A stretch of DNA of 20,000 nt. Origin: Occultella glacieicola. GTDB taxonomy: Bacteria; Actinomycetota; Actinomycetes; Actinomycetales; Beutenbergiaceae. This document shows, in pieces, positions 8,694-16,685 of the stretch. Position numbers and translations under genes: made by a program. The stretch covers positions 179,897 through 199,896 of the forward strand of contig NZ_SMNA01000010.1 of assembly GCF_004353825.1 (NCBI RefSeq), read 5' to 3'. Position 1 is the first letter of the stretch. The number at the start of each line of letters is the position of its first letter. The notes under the pieces were generated by a model, which worked only from the letters and a program-made list of their open reading frames with translations, had not been told where the DNA came from and did no database searches.

Positions 8694-10028
8694 ATGGACA
8701 GGCAGCAGGAGTACGTGCTTCGAGCGATCGAGGAGCGTGACGTCCGGTTCATCCGACTGTGGTTCACCGACGTGCTCGGCGTGCTGAAGTCGGTGGCCGT
8801 GGCCCCGGCCGAGCTCGAGGGCGCGTTCGCCGAGGGCATCGGCTTCGACGGCTCCTCCATCGAGGGCCTGGCCCGCGTCTCCGAGTCCGATCTGGTGGCC
8901 CGCCCGGACCCGTCCACGTTCCAGGTGCTGCCCTGGCGCGGCGGCAAGCACGGCACCGCCCGGATGTTCTGCGACATCCTCACCCCGGACGGTGAGCCGG
9001 CCGCCGCGGACCCGCGCAACGTGCTCAAGCGCGCCCTGGCCAAGGCCGCGGACGCCGGGTTCACCTTCTACACCCACCCCGAGATCGAGTTCTACCTGTT
9101 CCACCCGCAGGAGAACGAGACCGACCCGCTGGTCCCGATCGACACCGCCGGCTACTTCGACCACGTCGCCCGCGGCCAGGGTCACGACTTCCGCCGGGCC
9201 GCGATCACCCTGCTGGAGTCGATGGGAATCTCGGTGGAGTTCTCCCACCACGAGGCCGGCCCCGGGCAGAACGAGATCGACCTGCGCTACGCCGACGCCC
9301 TGTCCACCGCGGACAACATCATGACGTTCCGCTCGGTGGTCAAGGAGGTATCGATCGAGCAGGGCTTCGTCGCCTCGTTCATGCCGAAGCCGATGGCCGG
9401 CCAGCCCGGCTCGGGCATGCACACCCACCTGTCTCTGTTCGAGGGGGACACCAACGTCTTCCACGCCCCGGGCTCGAAGTACGGGCTGTCCACCACGGCC
9501 CGCCAGTTCATGGCCGGGCTGCTGGTGCACTCGGGGGAGATCACCGCCGTCGCCAACCAGTTCGTGAACTCCTACAAGCGCCTGTGGGGCGGGCAGGAGG
9601 CCCCGAGCTACAAGTGCTGGGGCCACAACAACCGGTCCGCGCTGCTGCGGGTGCCGATGTACAAGCCGGGCAAGGGCCAGTCCGCGCGGATCGAGTACCG
9701 CGGCATGGACTCCGCGGCGAACCCCTACCTCGCGCTCGCGGTGCTGCTGCGGGCCGGGCTGAAGGGCATCGAGGAGGGCTACGAACTGCCCGAGGAGGCC
9801 GAGGACGTCGTCTGGGAGCTGTCCGACGGCGAGCGTCGCGCCCTGGGCATCGAGCCGCTGCCGGGCAGCCTGGAGCAGGCCGTGGAGGCCATGGAGCGCT
9901 CCGAGCTGGTCGCGGACACGCTCGGGGAGAAGGTGTTCAACTTCTTCCTCGCGAACAAGCGGCAGGAGTGGACCGACTACCGGGCGCAGGTGACCCCCTA
10001 CGAGCTGGCCCGCGTCGGCCTGATCTGA
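8694..10028 (+). CDS. glnA2: Glutamine synthetase family protein, actinobacterial GlnA2 type
   Basis: N-terminus MDRQQEYVLRAIEERDVRFIRLWFTD, FDGSSIEG, HHEAGPGQNEID, FMPKP..GQPGSGMHTH, NRSALLRVP, RIEYR. It has VVWEL where GlnA1 has the adenylylated NLYDL tyrosine motif, and sits directly upstream of glnE as in mycobacteria. Confidence 0.93.
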   Translation: MDRQQEYVLRAIEERDVRFIRLWFTDVLGVLKSVAVAPAELEGAFAEGIGFDGSSIEGLARVSESDLVARPDPSTFQVLPWRGGKHGTARMFCDILTPDGEPAAADPRNVLKRALAKAADAGFTFYTHPEIEFYLFHPQENETDPLVPIDTAGYFDHVARGQGHDFRRAAITLLESMGISVEFSHHEAGPGQNEIDLRYADALSTADNIMTFRSVVKEVSIEQGFVASFMPKPMAGQPGSGMHTHLSLFEGDTNVFHAPGSKYGLSTTARQFMAGLLVHSGEITAVANQFVNSYKRLWGGQEAPSYKCWGHNNRSALLRVPMYKPGKGQSARIEYRGMDSAANPYLALAVLLRAGLKGIEEGYELPEEAEDVVWELSDGERRALGIEPLPGSLEQAVEAMERSELVADTLGEKVFNFFLANKRQEWTDYRAQVTPYELARVGLI

Positions 10029-10125
10029 GGATGAACCGCTTATTCCCGACGGCGCAGGGTCGCCCGGGCGGTCGGGTCGCCTCGTGCGCGGGTCCAGACG
10101 GGCACGCGTCCGTGAGCGGATCCAG

Positions 10126-13100
10126 GTGAGCAGGGCGCCGTCGCTGAACGCGACGCTGGCGCGCGCCGGCTTCGCCGACGCCGCACGCGCCGCAGACCTG
10201 TGGGAGTCGCCGTTCCTGGCCGGGGTGCTCGCCGCCTGCGAGGCGGGCGCCGCGCCCGACGAGACGCCCGGCACCGCCTCCACGGCCTTGATCGGCGACG
10301 TCGCCCGGGCCGCCGACCCCGACCTCGCGCTGCTCTCCTTGGCCCGCCTCGGCGAGGTCGACCCGGACCGGGCCGCACGGTTGACCCAGGTGCTCGCGGA
10401 TCCGGCCGGCGCCCGGACCAACCTGATCGCCGTGCTCGGGGCGTCGGTGGCCACGGGGGACTGGCTGGTCGCCCACCCGGGCGACGTGGAACTCGTGCTG
10501 CGCCCCCGCGGCGGCGTGGCCGCGGACCCGGCGAACGTGCGCGCGCTGCTGCTCGAATCGGTCGGCGCGGACCCGGACTCGGCCGTTCCGGTCGCGTCCG
10601 TACGCGCCAGCGACGGCTCGCTGAACGAGATGCGCCGTGCCTACCGTCGCGCCCTGCTGACCATCGCCACCGAGGACCTCACCGCCCACGACCCCGAGGC
10701 GTTCCTGCCCGAGGTCGGCGCCGCCCTGGCCAACCTCGCCGCCGCCGCGCTCGAGGCGGCCCTGGCCCTGGCCCGCGCGGAACTGACCGACCACGGCGCC
10801 GGCGTGCGCCTAGCGGTCCTCGGCATGGGCAAGACCGGCGGCCGGGAGCTCAACTACATCTCCGACGTCGACGTCATCTACGTCGCGGAACCGGTCGACG
10901 GGGCCGACGAGGCGGACGCCCTGCGGGTCGGGACGAAACTCGCCGCCACCCTGGCCCGGATGTGCTCGATGCCCGCCCGCGAGCCAGCCCTGTGGGAGGT
11001 GGACGCCGCGCTGCGCCCCGAGGGCAAGAACGGCCCACTGGTGCGCACCCTCGCCTCGCACGTGTCCTACTACGAGCGCTGGGCCAAGACCTGGGAGTTC
11101 CAGGCTTTGCTCAAGGCCCGGCACGTGGCCGGCGACGCGGACCTGTCCGTCGACTACCTCGCCGCGACCCGCCCGATGGTGTGGGAGGCCGCCGGCCGGG
11201 AGAACTTCGTGGAGGACTCCCAGGCGATGCGCCGCCGGGTCGAGGACAACGTGCCACCCGCGGAGGCGGACCGGCAGATCAAGCTCGGCCGCGGCGGCCT
11301 GCGGGACGTCGAGTTCACCGTGCAGCTGTTGCAGCTGGTGCACGGCCGCACCGACGAGACGATCCGGTCCGCGAACACCCTCCGGGCGCTGGCCTCGTTG
11401 TCCGCCGCCGGGTATGTGGGCCGTGACCACGCCGCCGAACTCGCAGCCTGCTACCGGTTCCTGCGCGTGCTCGAGCACCGCGTCCAGCTGTACCGGATGC
11501 GCCGCACCCACCTGCTCCCGACGTCCGAGGATGGCCTGCGCCGCCTGGCCCGCTCCATGGGCCGCAACCCGCTAGGGGACGTGCCCGACGCCAACGCCCT
11601 GATGCAGCGCTGGCAGGCCACCCGCCGCCGGGTCCGCCGCCTGCACGAAGACCTCTACTACCGACCCTTGCTGCCCGCCACCGCGAGCCTGTCCGCCGAC
11701 GAGGTCTCCCTCGACCCCGAGGCCGCGAAAGCCCGCCTGCAGGGCATCGGCTACCGGGACCCGGCCGGCGCGTTGCGGCACATCAAGGTCCTCACCGAGG
11801 GCATCTCCCGCCGCGCCGCCATCCAGCGCCAATTGCTGCCGGTGATGCTCGGCTGGTTCGCCGAGGGCCCCGACCCCGACGGCGGCCTGCTCGCCTTCCG
11901 CAAACTCTCCGAGGAACTCGGCGGCACCCACTGGTACCTGAAGATGCTCCGCGACTCCGGTGCCGCCGCCGAGCGCTTGGCCACGCTGCTGTCCTCCTCG
12001 AAGTATGTGGCCGACTCGCTGATGCGCACCCCCGAGGCCGTCGCCTGGCTCGGCGACGACCGCGAACTCACCCCCCGCACCCCCGAGGCCCTCGCTGCCG
12101 CCATGAACGCGATGCTGCTGCGCCGCGACGACCCCACCGACGCCGCCCAGGCGGTCCGGTTCCTGCGCCGCCGAGAACTCACCCGCGGCGCCATCGGCGA
12201 CGTCCTCGCCGACGTGCCCGTGACCACCTGCGCCGCGGTGATCTCCCCGGCCGCGGACATGGCCCTGCAGGGCGCCGTGCGCATCGCCACCCAGACCGCG
12301 ACGGCGGAACTGGGCCTGGACGCGGACCCGTCCCGATTCCTCGTGGTAGCCATGGGCCGCCTCGGCGGCGCCGAGATCGGCTACGCCTCCGACGCGGACG
12401 TCCTCTTCGTGCACGACCCGCGCGACGGCGCCGACCCGAAGCAGGCCCAGGACTGGGCGGTCCTGGTCGCCACCACGATCGCGTCCCTGCTCGGCAAGAC
12501 CGGCCCCGAGCCGGTGCTGCCAGTGGACTCCCAACTCCGCCCCGAGGGTCGGCAGGGCCCCGTGGTGCGCACCATCGACTCCTACGCCGAGTACTACCAG
12601 CGGTGGGCCCAGGGCTGGGAACGCCAGGCTCTCCTGCGCGCACGTTCGGTGGCCGGCGACAACGACCTGGGGGAGCGGTTCACCTCACTCATCGACCCGC
12701 TGCGCTACCCGGCCGACGGGATCGACCTCGCCGAGATCCGCGAGCTGCGCCGGATCAAGGCGCGGGTGGAGTCCGAGCGCCTGCCCCGCGGTGTGCCGGC
12801 CACCCACCACCTGAAGCTCGGCCGCGGTGGCCTGAGCGACGTGGAGTGGACGGCCCAGTACCTGCAGTTGTGCCACGCGGGCACGACCGAGACCCTGCGA
12901 ACCACGTCGACGCTGGAGGCGCTGGCCGCGGCCCGGGACGCGAACCTGATCACCGACTCCGACGCCGAACACCTCACCGCCGCCTGGGAGCTAGCCACCC
13001 GGCTGCGGAACGCGATCGTGCTCAGCACCGGGCGGGTGAGCGGGCAGAAGGTGGACGTGCTGCCGTCCGAGCGAGGCGAGCTCGCCGGGGTGTCGAGGCT

Positions 13101-13200
13101 GCTCGGCTATCACGCTGGGCACGCCCGGGACCTGGAGGAGGACTGGCTGCGGACAGCACGGCAGGCGCGGGTAGTGATGGAGCAGGTGTTCTTCGGGTGA
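10126..13200 (+). CDS. glnE: Bifunctional glutamine synthetase adenylyltransferase / adenylyl-removing enzyme
   Basis: Two nucleotidyltransferase domains: MGKTGGRELNYISDVDVIY / LRPEGKNG / KLGRGGLRDVEF and MGRLGGAEIGYASDADVLF / LRPEGRQG / KLGRGGLSDVEW. Start uncertain (in-frame GTG 10126 preferred over 10084). Confidence 0.97.
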   Translation: MSRAPSLNATLARAGFADAARAADLWESPFLAGVLAACEAGAAPDETPGTASTALIGDVARAADPDLALLSLARLGEVDPDRAARLTQVLADPAGARTNLIAVLGASVATGDWLVAHPGDVELVLRPRGGVAADPANVRALLLESVGADPDSAVPVASVRASDGSLNEMRRAYRRALLTIATEDLTAHDPEAFLPEVGAALANLAAAALEAALALARAELTDHGAGVRLAVLGMGKTGGRELNYISDVDVIYVAEPVDGADEADALRVGTKLAATLARMCSMPAREPALWEVDAALRPEGKNGPLVRTLASHVSYYERWAKTWEFQALLKARHVAGDADLSVDYLAATRPMVWEAAGRENFVEDSQAMRRRVEDNVPPAEADRQIKLGRGGLRDVEFTVQLLQLVHGRTDETIRSANTLRALASLSAAGYVGRDHAAELAACYRFLRVLEHRVQLYRMRRTHLLPTSEDGLRRLARSMGRNPLGDVPDANALMQRWQATRRRVRRLHEDLYYRPLLPATASLSADEVSLDPEAAKARLQGIGYRDPAGALRHIKVLTEGISRRAAIQRQLLPVMLGWFAEGPDPDGGLLAFRKLSEELGGTHWYLKMLRDSGAAAERLATLLSSSKYVADSLMRTPEAVAWLGDDRELTPRTPEALAAAMNAMLLRRDDPTDAAQAVRFLRRRELTRGAIGDVLADVPVTTCAAVISPAADMALQGAVRIATQTATAELGLDADPSRFLVVAMGRLGGAEIGYASDADVLFVHDPRDGADPKQAQDWAVLVATTIASLLGKTGPEPVLPVDSQLRPEGRQGPVVRTIDSYAEYYQRWAQGWERQALLRARSVAGDNDLGERFTSLIDPLRYPADGIDLAEIRELRRIKARVESERLPRGVPATHHLKLGRGGLSDVEWTAQYLQLCHAGTTETLRTTSTLEALAAARDANLITDSDAEHLTAAWELATRLRNAIVLSTGRVSGQKVDVLPSERGELAGVSRLLGYHAGHARDLEEDWLRTARQARVVMEQVFFG

Positions 13201-13332
13201 ACTTCGGGACACGAGAGCCCCTCTTGGGCGGCGTGCGTCCGATGCTTGATGGCCTAGGTGTACATCGAAACCTCCAAAAGGTACCCTTTGGTTGTGTGAT
13301 CGAATCCAGTTGAACTCGTGCGATCCTCAAGA

Positions 13333-14208
13333 TCAACGGCGGTCGGTCTTAGCGAAGTAGCCGACGAGCGCGGGCGCAAGCCCGGTTTCGTCAACGAGCT
13401 GCCTCAACGGCATGCGCCCAGCTACAGCAAGTTCAACCGTGCGTTCGCTGCCGCTCTTGTCGTAGGCGGCATACCCGACCGAGACCAGCATCTCGATAAA
13501 TCGGATTGCGGCCTGAGGGTCTTTCGCGGACGCGCCCCGTTGAGTTAGGCCCATATGCTGCGACGCGCCGCCTTCGCACAGCCTTCTAGCGATTTTTCGA
13601 GCGATGTCATAGTGTGGGTGCGCCATTGCGATATAGAGCGGATCCACCGATGCCACTAAAGCGCCACGTGATGCGAGTAACCCCATAGCTCGCTCCTTTG
13701 AGTACTCGACGCCAGACACGCGTAGCGAGAGTCCTGGTTCCAGCGTGCGGAAGTCGGCTCCCGCAAGGAGACTGTCGGTGAAATCCACGTCCAGGAGACT
13801 CGCTGACGAAAAGTCGACGCCAGAAAGGTCCGCTTCGGCGAAAGAGACGCTTTCCAGCCAAGCGCCCGAGAATTGTGACTTACGGAGGTCCAGTCGTGCC
13901 AACTCGCATTCTATGAGAACTGTTGCTCGAAACGAACGCGATAAGGATCCGCCAGTGCCAGCAAAGAAGTCAAGGCGCTCCAATCGGCAGTGGTCAAATG
14001 TGCCGTAGTGTCCGATAAGCGTTGTCAATAGTTCCTCGCTACTTAGGAGCCATCCTTCCTTACGCGCTTTCCATAGCAGCGCGAAAGATGTCGCCAACTC
14101 TCCTGGTTCGAAAGATGCCCATTGCTCGGCGAGGTGTGCGGAACACTCATCTAGGAATGCCGAGGTCTCGCCAGCTAGAAAAGCTTCCATAGTGTCGGTA
14201 ATTCTCAT
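13333..14208 (-). CDS. Pentapeptide-repeat protein with putative C-terminal winged-helix-like domain; possibly the frameshifted C-terminal part of the NACHT protein
   Basis: Repeats LARLD LRKSQ FSGAW LESVS FAEAD LSGVD FSSAS LLDVD FTDSL LAGAD FR. ATGA overlap with the NACHT ORF; visibly AT-richer than glnE. Confidence 0.8.
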   Translation of the reverse strand: MRITDTMEAFLAGETSAFLDECSAHLAEQWASFEPGELATSFALLWKARKEGWLLSSEELLTTLIGHYGTFDHCRLERLDFFAGTGGSLSRSFRATVLIECELARLDLRKSQFSGAWLESVSFAEADLSGVDFSSASLLDVDFTDSLLAGADFRTLEPGLSLRVSGVEYSKERAMGLLASRGALVASVDPLYIAMAHPHYDIARKIARRLCEGGASQHMGLTQRGASAKDPQAAIRFIEMLVSVGYAAYDKSGSERTVELAVAGRMPLRQLVDETGLAPALVGYFAKTDRR

Positions 14209-15851
14209 GGGTTTGGCGCCTTTCCGGCCTGAAGGCTCGACAGTAGGTACTCTACAACCAGGAACTCACGCAAACTGTTGTGCGAGAACCTCCACCCCTC
14301 TTTTCCGCCTGTGGTCACCCTAGTAAGGGTGGCTGACGACCTAAGGTCAGCATAGAGGGTTTGGCGATCCCCTTCCCGTTCAGATTGGGGCAGCCGCTCG
14401 AGTCGGGCCCGAAATTCCAAGTTGATGAGGTCCATGAAATCGGATTCATTAAAGAGCGATATGTCCGAATTGCTGAGGCGGAGAGCCATTCGATGCAGGA
14501 ATCGGCGCCTCGACTCCACTGGCATCCCGGGCGAACGTCGCCGATCGCGCAGCATGAGTTGGTCCACGATCAGGCGGTAGCATTGGTACTCGGTGACGGA
14601 GTCCATGCCACTCGCTGCCGCAGGGCCAGTTGGCTGCTCGGACAACTGGTCGGCCAGATCGACGAGGTAGGAAATGATGACTGGCTTGCCTCCGAGGAGG
14701 CGTGCTCCTTCGTCGCTTGGTCGAGAGACCTTATTCAATAGACCCAGAACTACCGCGCTCTTATCGGGATCACCGGATAACTTGCGGGCCACGAGAGCTT
14801 CAGTCTGGGCGCGATCCAAGTCTTGCAGTCGTCGCTCGCTCCGATCGACGAACTGACGCTCGAAGAGTTGATCGAGTGCAGCCTCCTTAGCATACTCCAC
14901 CGCAGCAATGCCGGTCTCCTCAAGCGATGAGTACAGCGTTTCGAGCACGCGAAGTTCTTCTGCTTCGGAGAAGTAGTTGGGGCGACTGGTGAGAATGCCC
15001 TTGGCACCATGACGTCCCAACTGAGCCAAGGTCTCCAGGCAGACGCGCCGTTCCAGTAGGTGCATGTACTGTGCCATTTCGTCGTATCCGTCAAGGAGTA
15101 GTACGACTCTCCCCCTGCTAATAAGGGACTCGAAGAAGTGTAGGGGCACGTGACTAAGATTGTTGTCGTCGAGGAACTTGTGAAGAAGGGATGCGACGTC
15201 AAATTGCTTGGTGAAATCGCGGAGCTCTATTCGGACGGGAATTGGACAGCGTGGATCGGACTTGTTCTTCTGCATTAGTTCCCGAAGGAGCATCTGGGTG
15301 AGCGCCGTCTTTCCGGTGCCGTACTCACCAACGACTATAAGCCAGCCCGGGCCGGTGGTTTCGTCTTCGACCCAGGAATGGAGAGTTGCTAGCGCCGGCT
15401 CCAACCGAGTGCCAAAGTCGAACTGCGGGGGTTCGTAGACGTCCGCAAGTCGCAGGAGCTCTTGGGCGAGATCGCCCTCGGAGAGGACGGCTCTTTGATA
15501 AGGGTGAAACTTCTCGAAGCGCGACGCGAGGGTTTCGTACGTAAGCAGTTCTACTCTAGCCGGTGCACGCTCGCGAACAGATTGCGTAAAACCGTTGGTG
15601 GAAACGATTACGAACGCGCATCCAGGATGTTGTTCATTGCATGCGTAGTATTTAGTAAGGTCTTTTCCCAGTTTGGTCGCGTCGACCTTTTCAGTGGTTA
15701 CCTCGATAAAGACTGGGCCAGCGAAGGGGTCTCCAATGCGCTCTGCCTTGAGATCAACGCTTGCGCTCTTGACCATTAGTGGTCCCGTGACGTCGTAGCC
15801 GTTAAGTCGAAAGAGCTCCGCGACGGCCGACTCGGCTTCCTCTGGTAGCAT
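14205..15851 (-). CDS. Mrr-like restriction-endonuclease-fold domain fused to a NACHT (STAND) NTPase
   Basis: Walker A GEYGTGKT, Walker B VVLLLDGYDEM, ILTSRPNYF, GKP, winged-helix motif FSHNSLREFL. N-terminus ESAVAELFRLNGYDV...VDLKA...FIEVT...VIVSTNGFT...VELLTYETL. SD AGGAGG precedes ATG 15851. Confidence 0.9.
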   Translation of the reverse strand: MLPEEAESAVAELFRLNGYDVTGPLMVKSASVDLKAERIGDPFAGPVFIEVTTEKVDATKLGKDLTKYYACNEQHPGCAFVIVSTNGFTQSVRERAPARVELLTYETLASRFEKFHPYQRAVLSEGDLAQELLRLADVYEPPQFDFGTRLEPALATLHSWVEDETTGPGWLIVVGEYGTGKTALTQMLLRELMQKNKSDPRCPIPVRIELRDFTKQFDVASLLHKFLDDNNLSHVPLHFFESLISRGRVVLLLDGYDEMAQYMHLLERRVCLETLAQLGRHGAKGILTSRPNYFSEAEELRVLETLYSSLEETGIAAVEYAKEAALDQLFERQFVDRSERRLQDLDRAQTEALVARKLSGDPDKSAVVLGLLNKVSRPSDEGARLLGGKPVIISYLVDLADQLSEQPTGPAAASGMDSVTEYQCYRLIVDQLMLRDRRRSPGMPVESRRRFLHRMALRLSNSDISLFNESDFMDLINLEFRARLERLPQSEREGDRQTLYADLRSSATLTRVTTGGKEGWRFSHNSLREFLVVEYLLSSLQAGKAPNP

Positions 15852-16156
15852 ATTGCCTCCTGGTTATCCGGCGCTCAGTCCAAATGGCGGCGGTCGCATG
15901 CTGTGGTTGACAATGCATACCTTAGCGTCCGGGACGTGTCATGGGGCAGTCACGGTAGCGTGTCTTTGTGGATCTGACGCCGAGCGGGTCAACGGCCTCT
16001 GATGGCTGGGGAATTCGTACGTCGCCCATCCACTTGGCCTGGACGTGCCTGACGCCCCGCCGCTTGACAAGACCTCACAAGTCCTTGCAGCTCGATGGGC
16101 TCGGTGTCCTTCCGAGTTGAGTGCAACAATGTGGAGGAGCGCGGTCGCCGAGTTCT

Positions 16157-16685
16157 CACATTGTCGACCCCGCGGACTTGCTTGGCGCGGCCCGTCCGGA
16201 CCTGACGCGGTCGTTGCTGTTTGCGATGTCTGGTGGGTGGTCTCCACCGATGCCGATGTCCTCGTTGGCGCTGAGTGTGGGGGCCGCTGACCGCAGCGGT
16301 TGGCGCATAGGTGCCGCTACCGGACACCCGAGTCGGCGCTGTCGGTGTGGTGGTCCGCAAACTGCGCCAGGGCACGTGGTTCCCCCAGCGGCTTCTGCAG
16401 CGCTCCGGGCGGGATGAGACCGCGCTGATCACCGTCGCGCCTGACTCTTGTTCGCAAGCGTGTCCAAGATGCCGAATGGACGAGTTGGACAAGACCCTGT
16501 GGATCGATTCACTGCCGCGGTCGTAGTCGTCCCGGAAGACCGCGGACCGCGGACCTGGAAGCGCACGGTGAGCGGTTGCGTCAACGACCTCGAGGTGCGG
16601 CCGTGGCGCCGTTCACGTTGGTGGTCGCGGACGCGCTCACGATATGGATCCGCGAAGGCAGGCACCGGGTTCATCAAAGCCATTG
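16157..16685 (+). pseudogene. Degenerate IS256-family (IS1081-like) transposase remnant, N-terminal part
   Basis: Pieces across shifting frames: HIVDPADLLGAARPDLTRSLL / STDADVLVGAECG* / DTRVGAVGVVVRKLRQGTWFPQRLL...ETALITV...RMDELDKTLWIDSLPRS* / ADLEAHGERLRQRP...PFTLVVADALTIWIREG. These are colinear with actinobacterial IS256 transposases. Stops at 16288-16290 and 16524-16526. Confidence 0.88.

Noticed and set aside
376..13313. Many long overlapping or antisense ORFs (e.g. 429-1772 +, 3020-4534 -, 6835-8787 +, 8628-10454 -, 10200-11426 +)
   Set aside because: They are shadow frames of real high-GC genes, Arg/Gly/Pro-rich, with no motifs.
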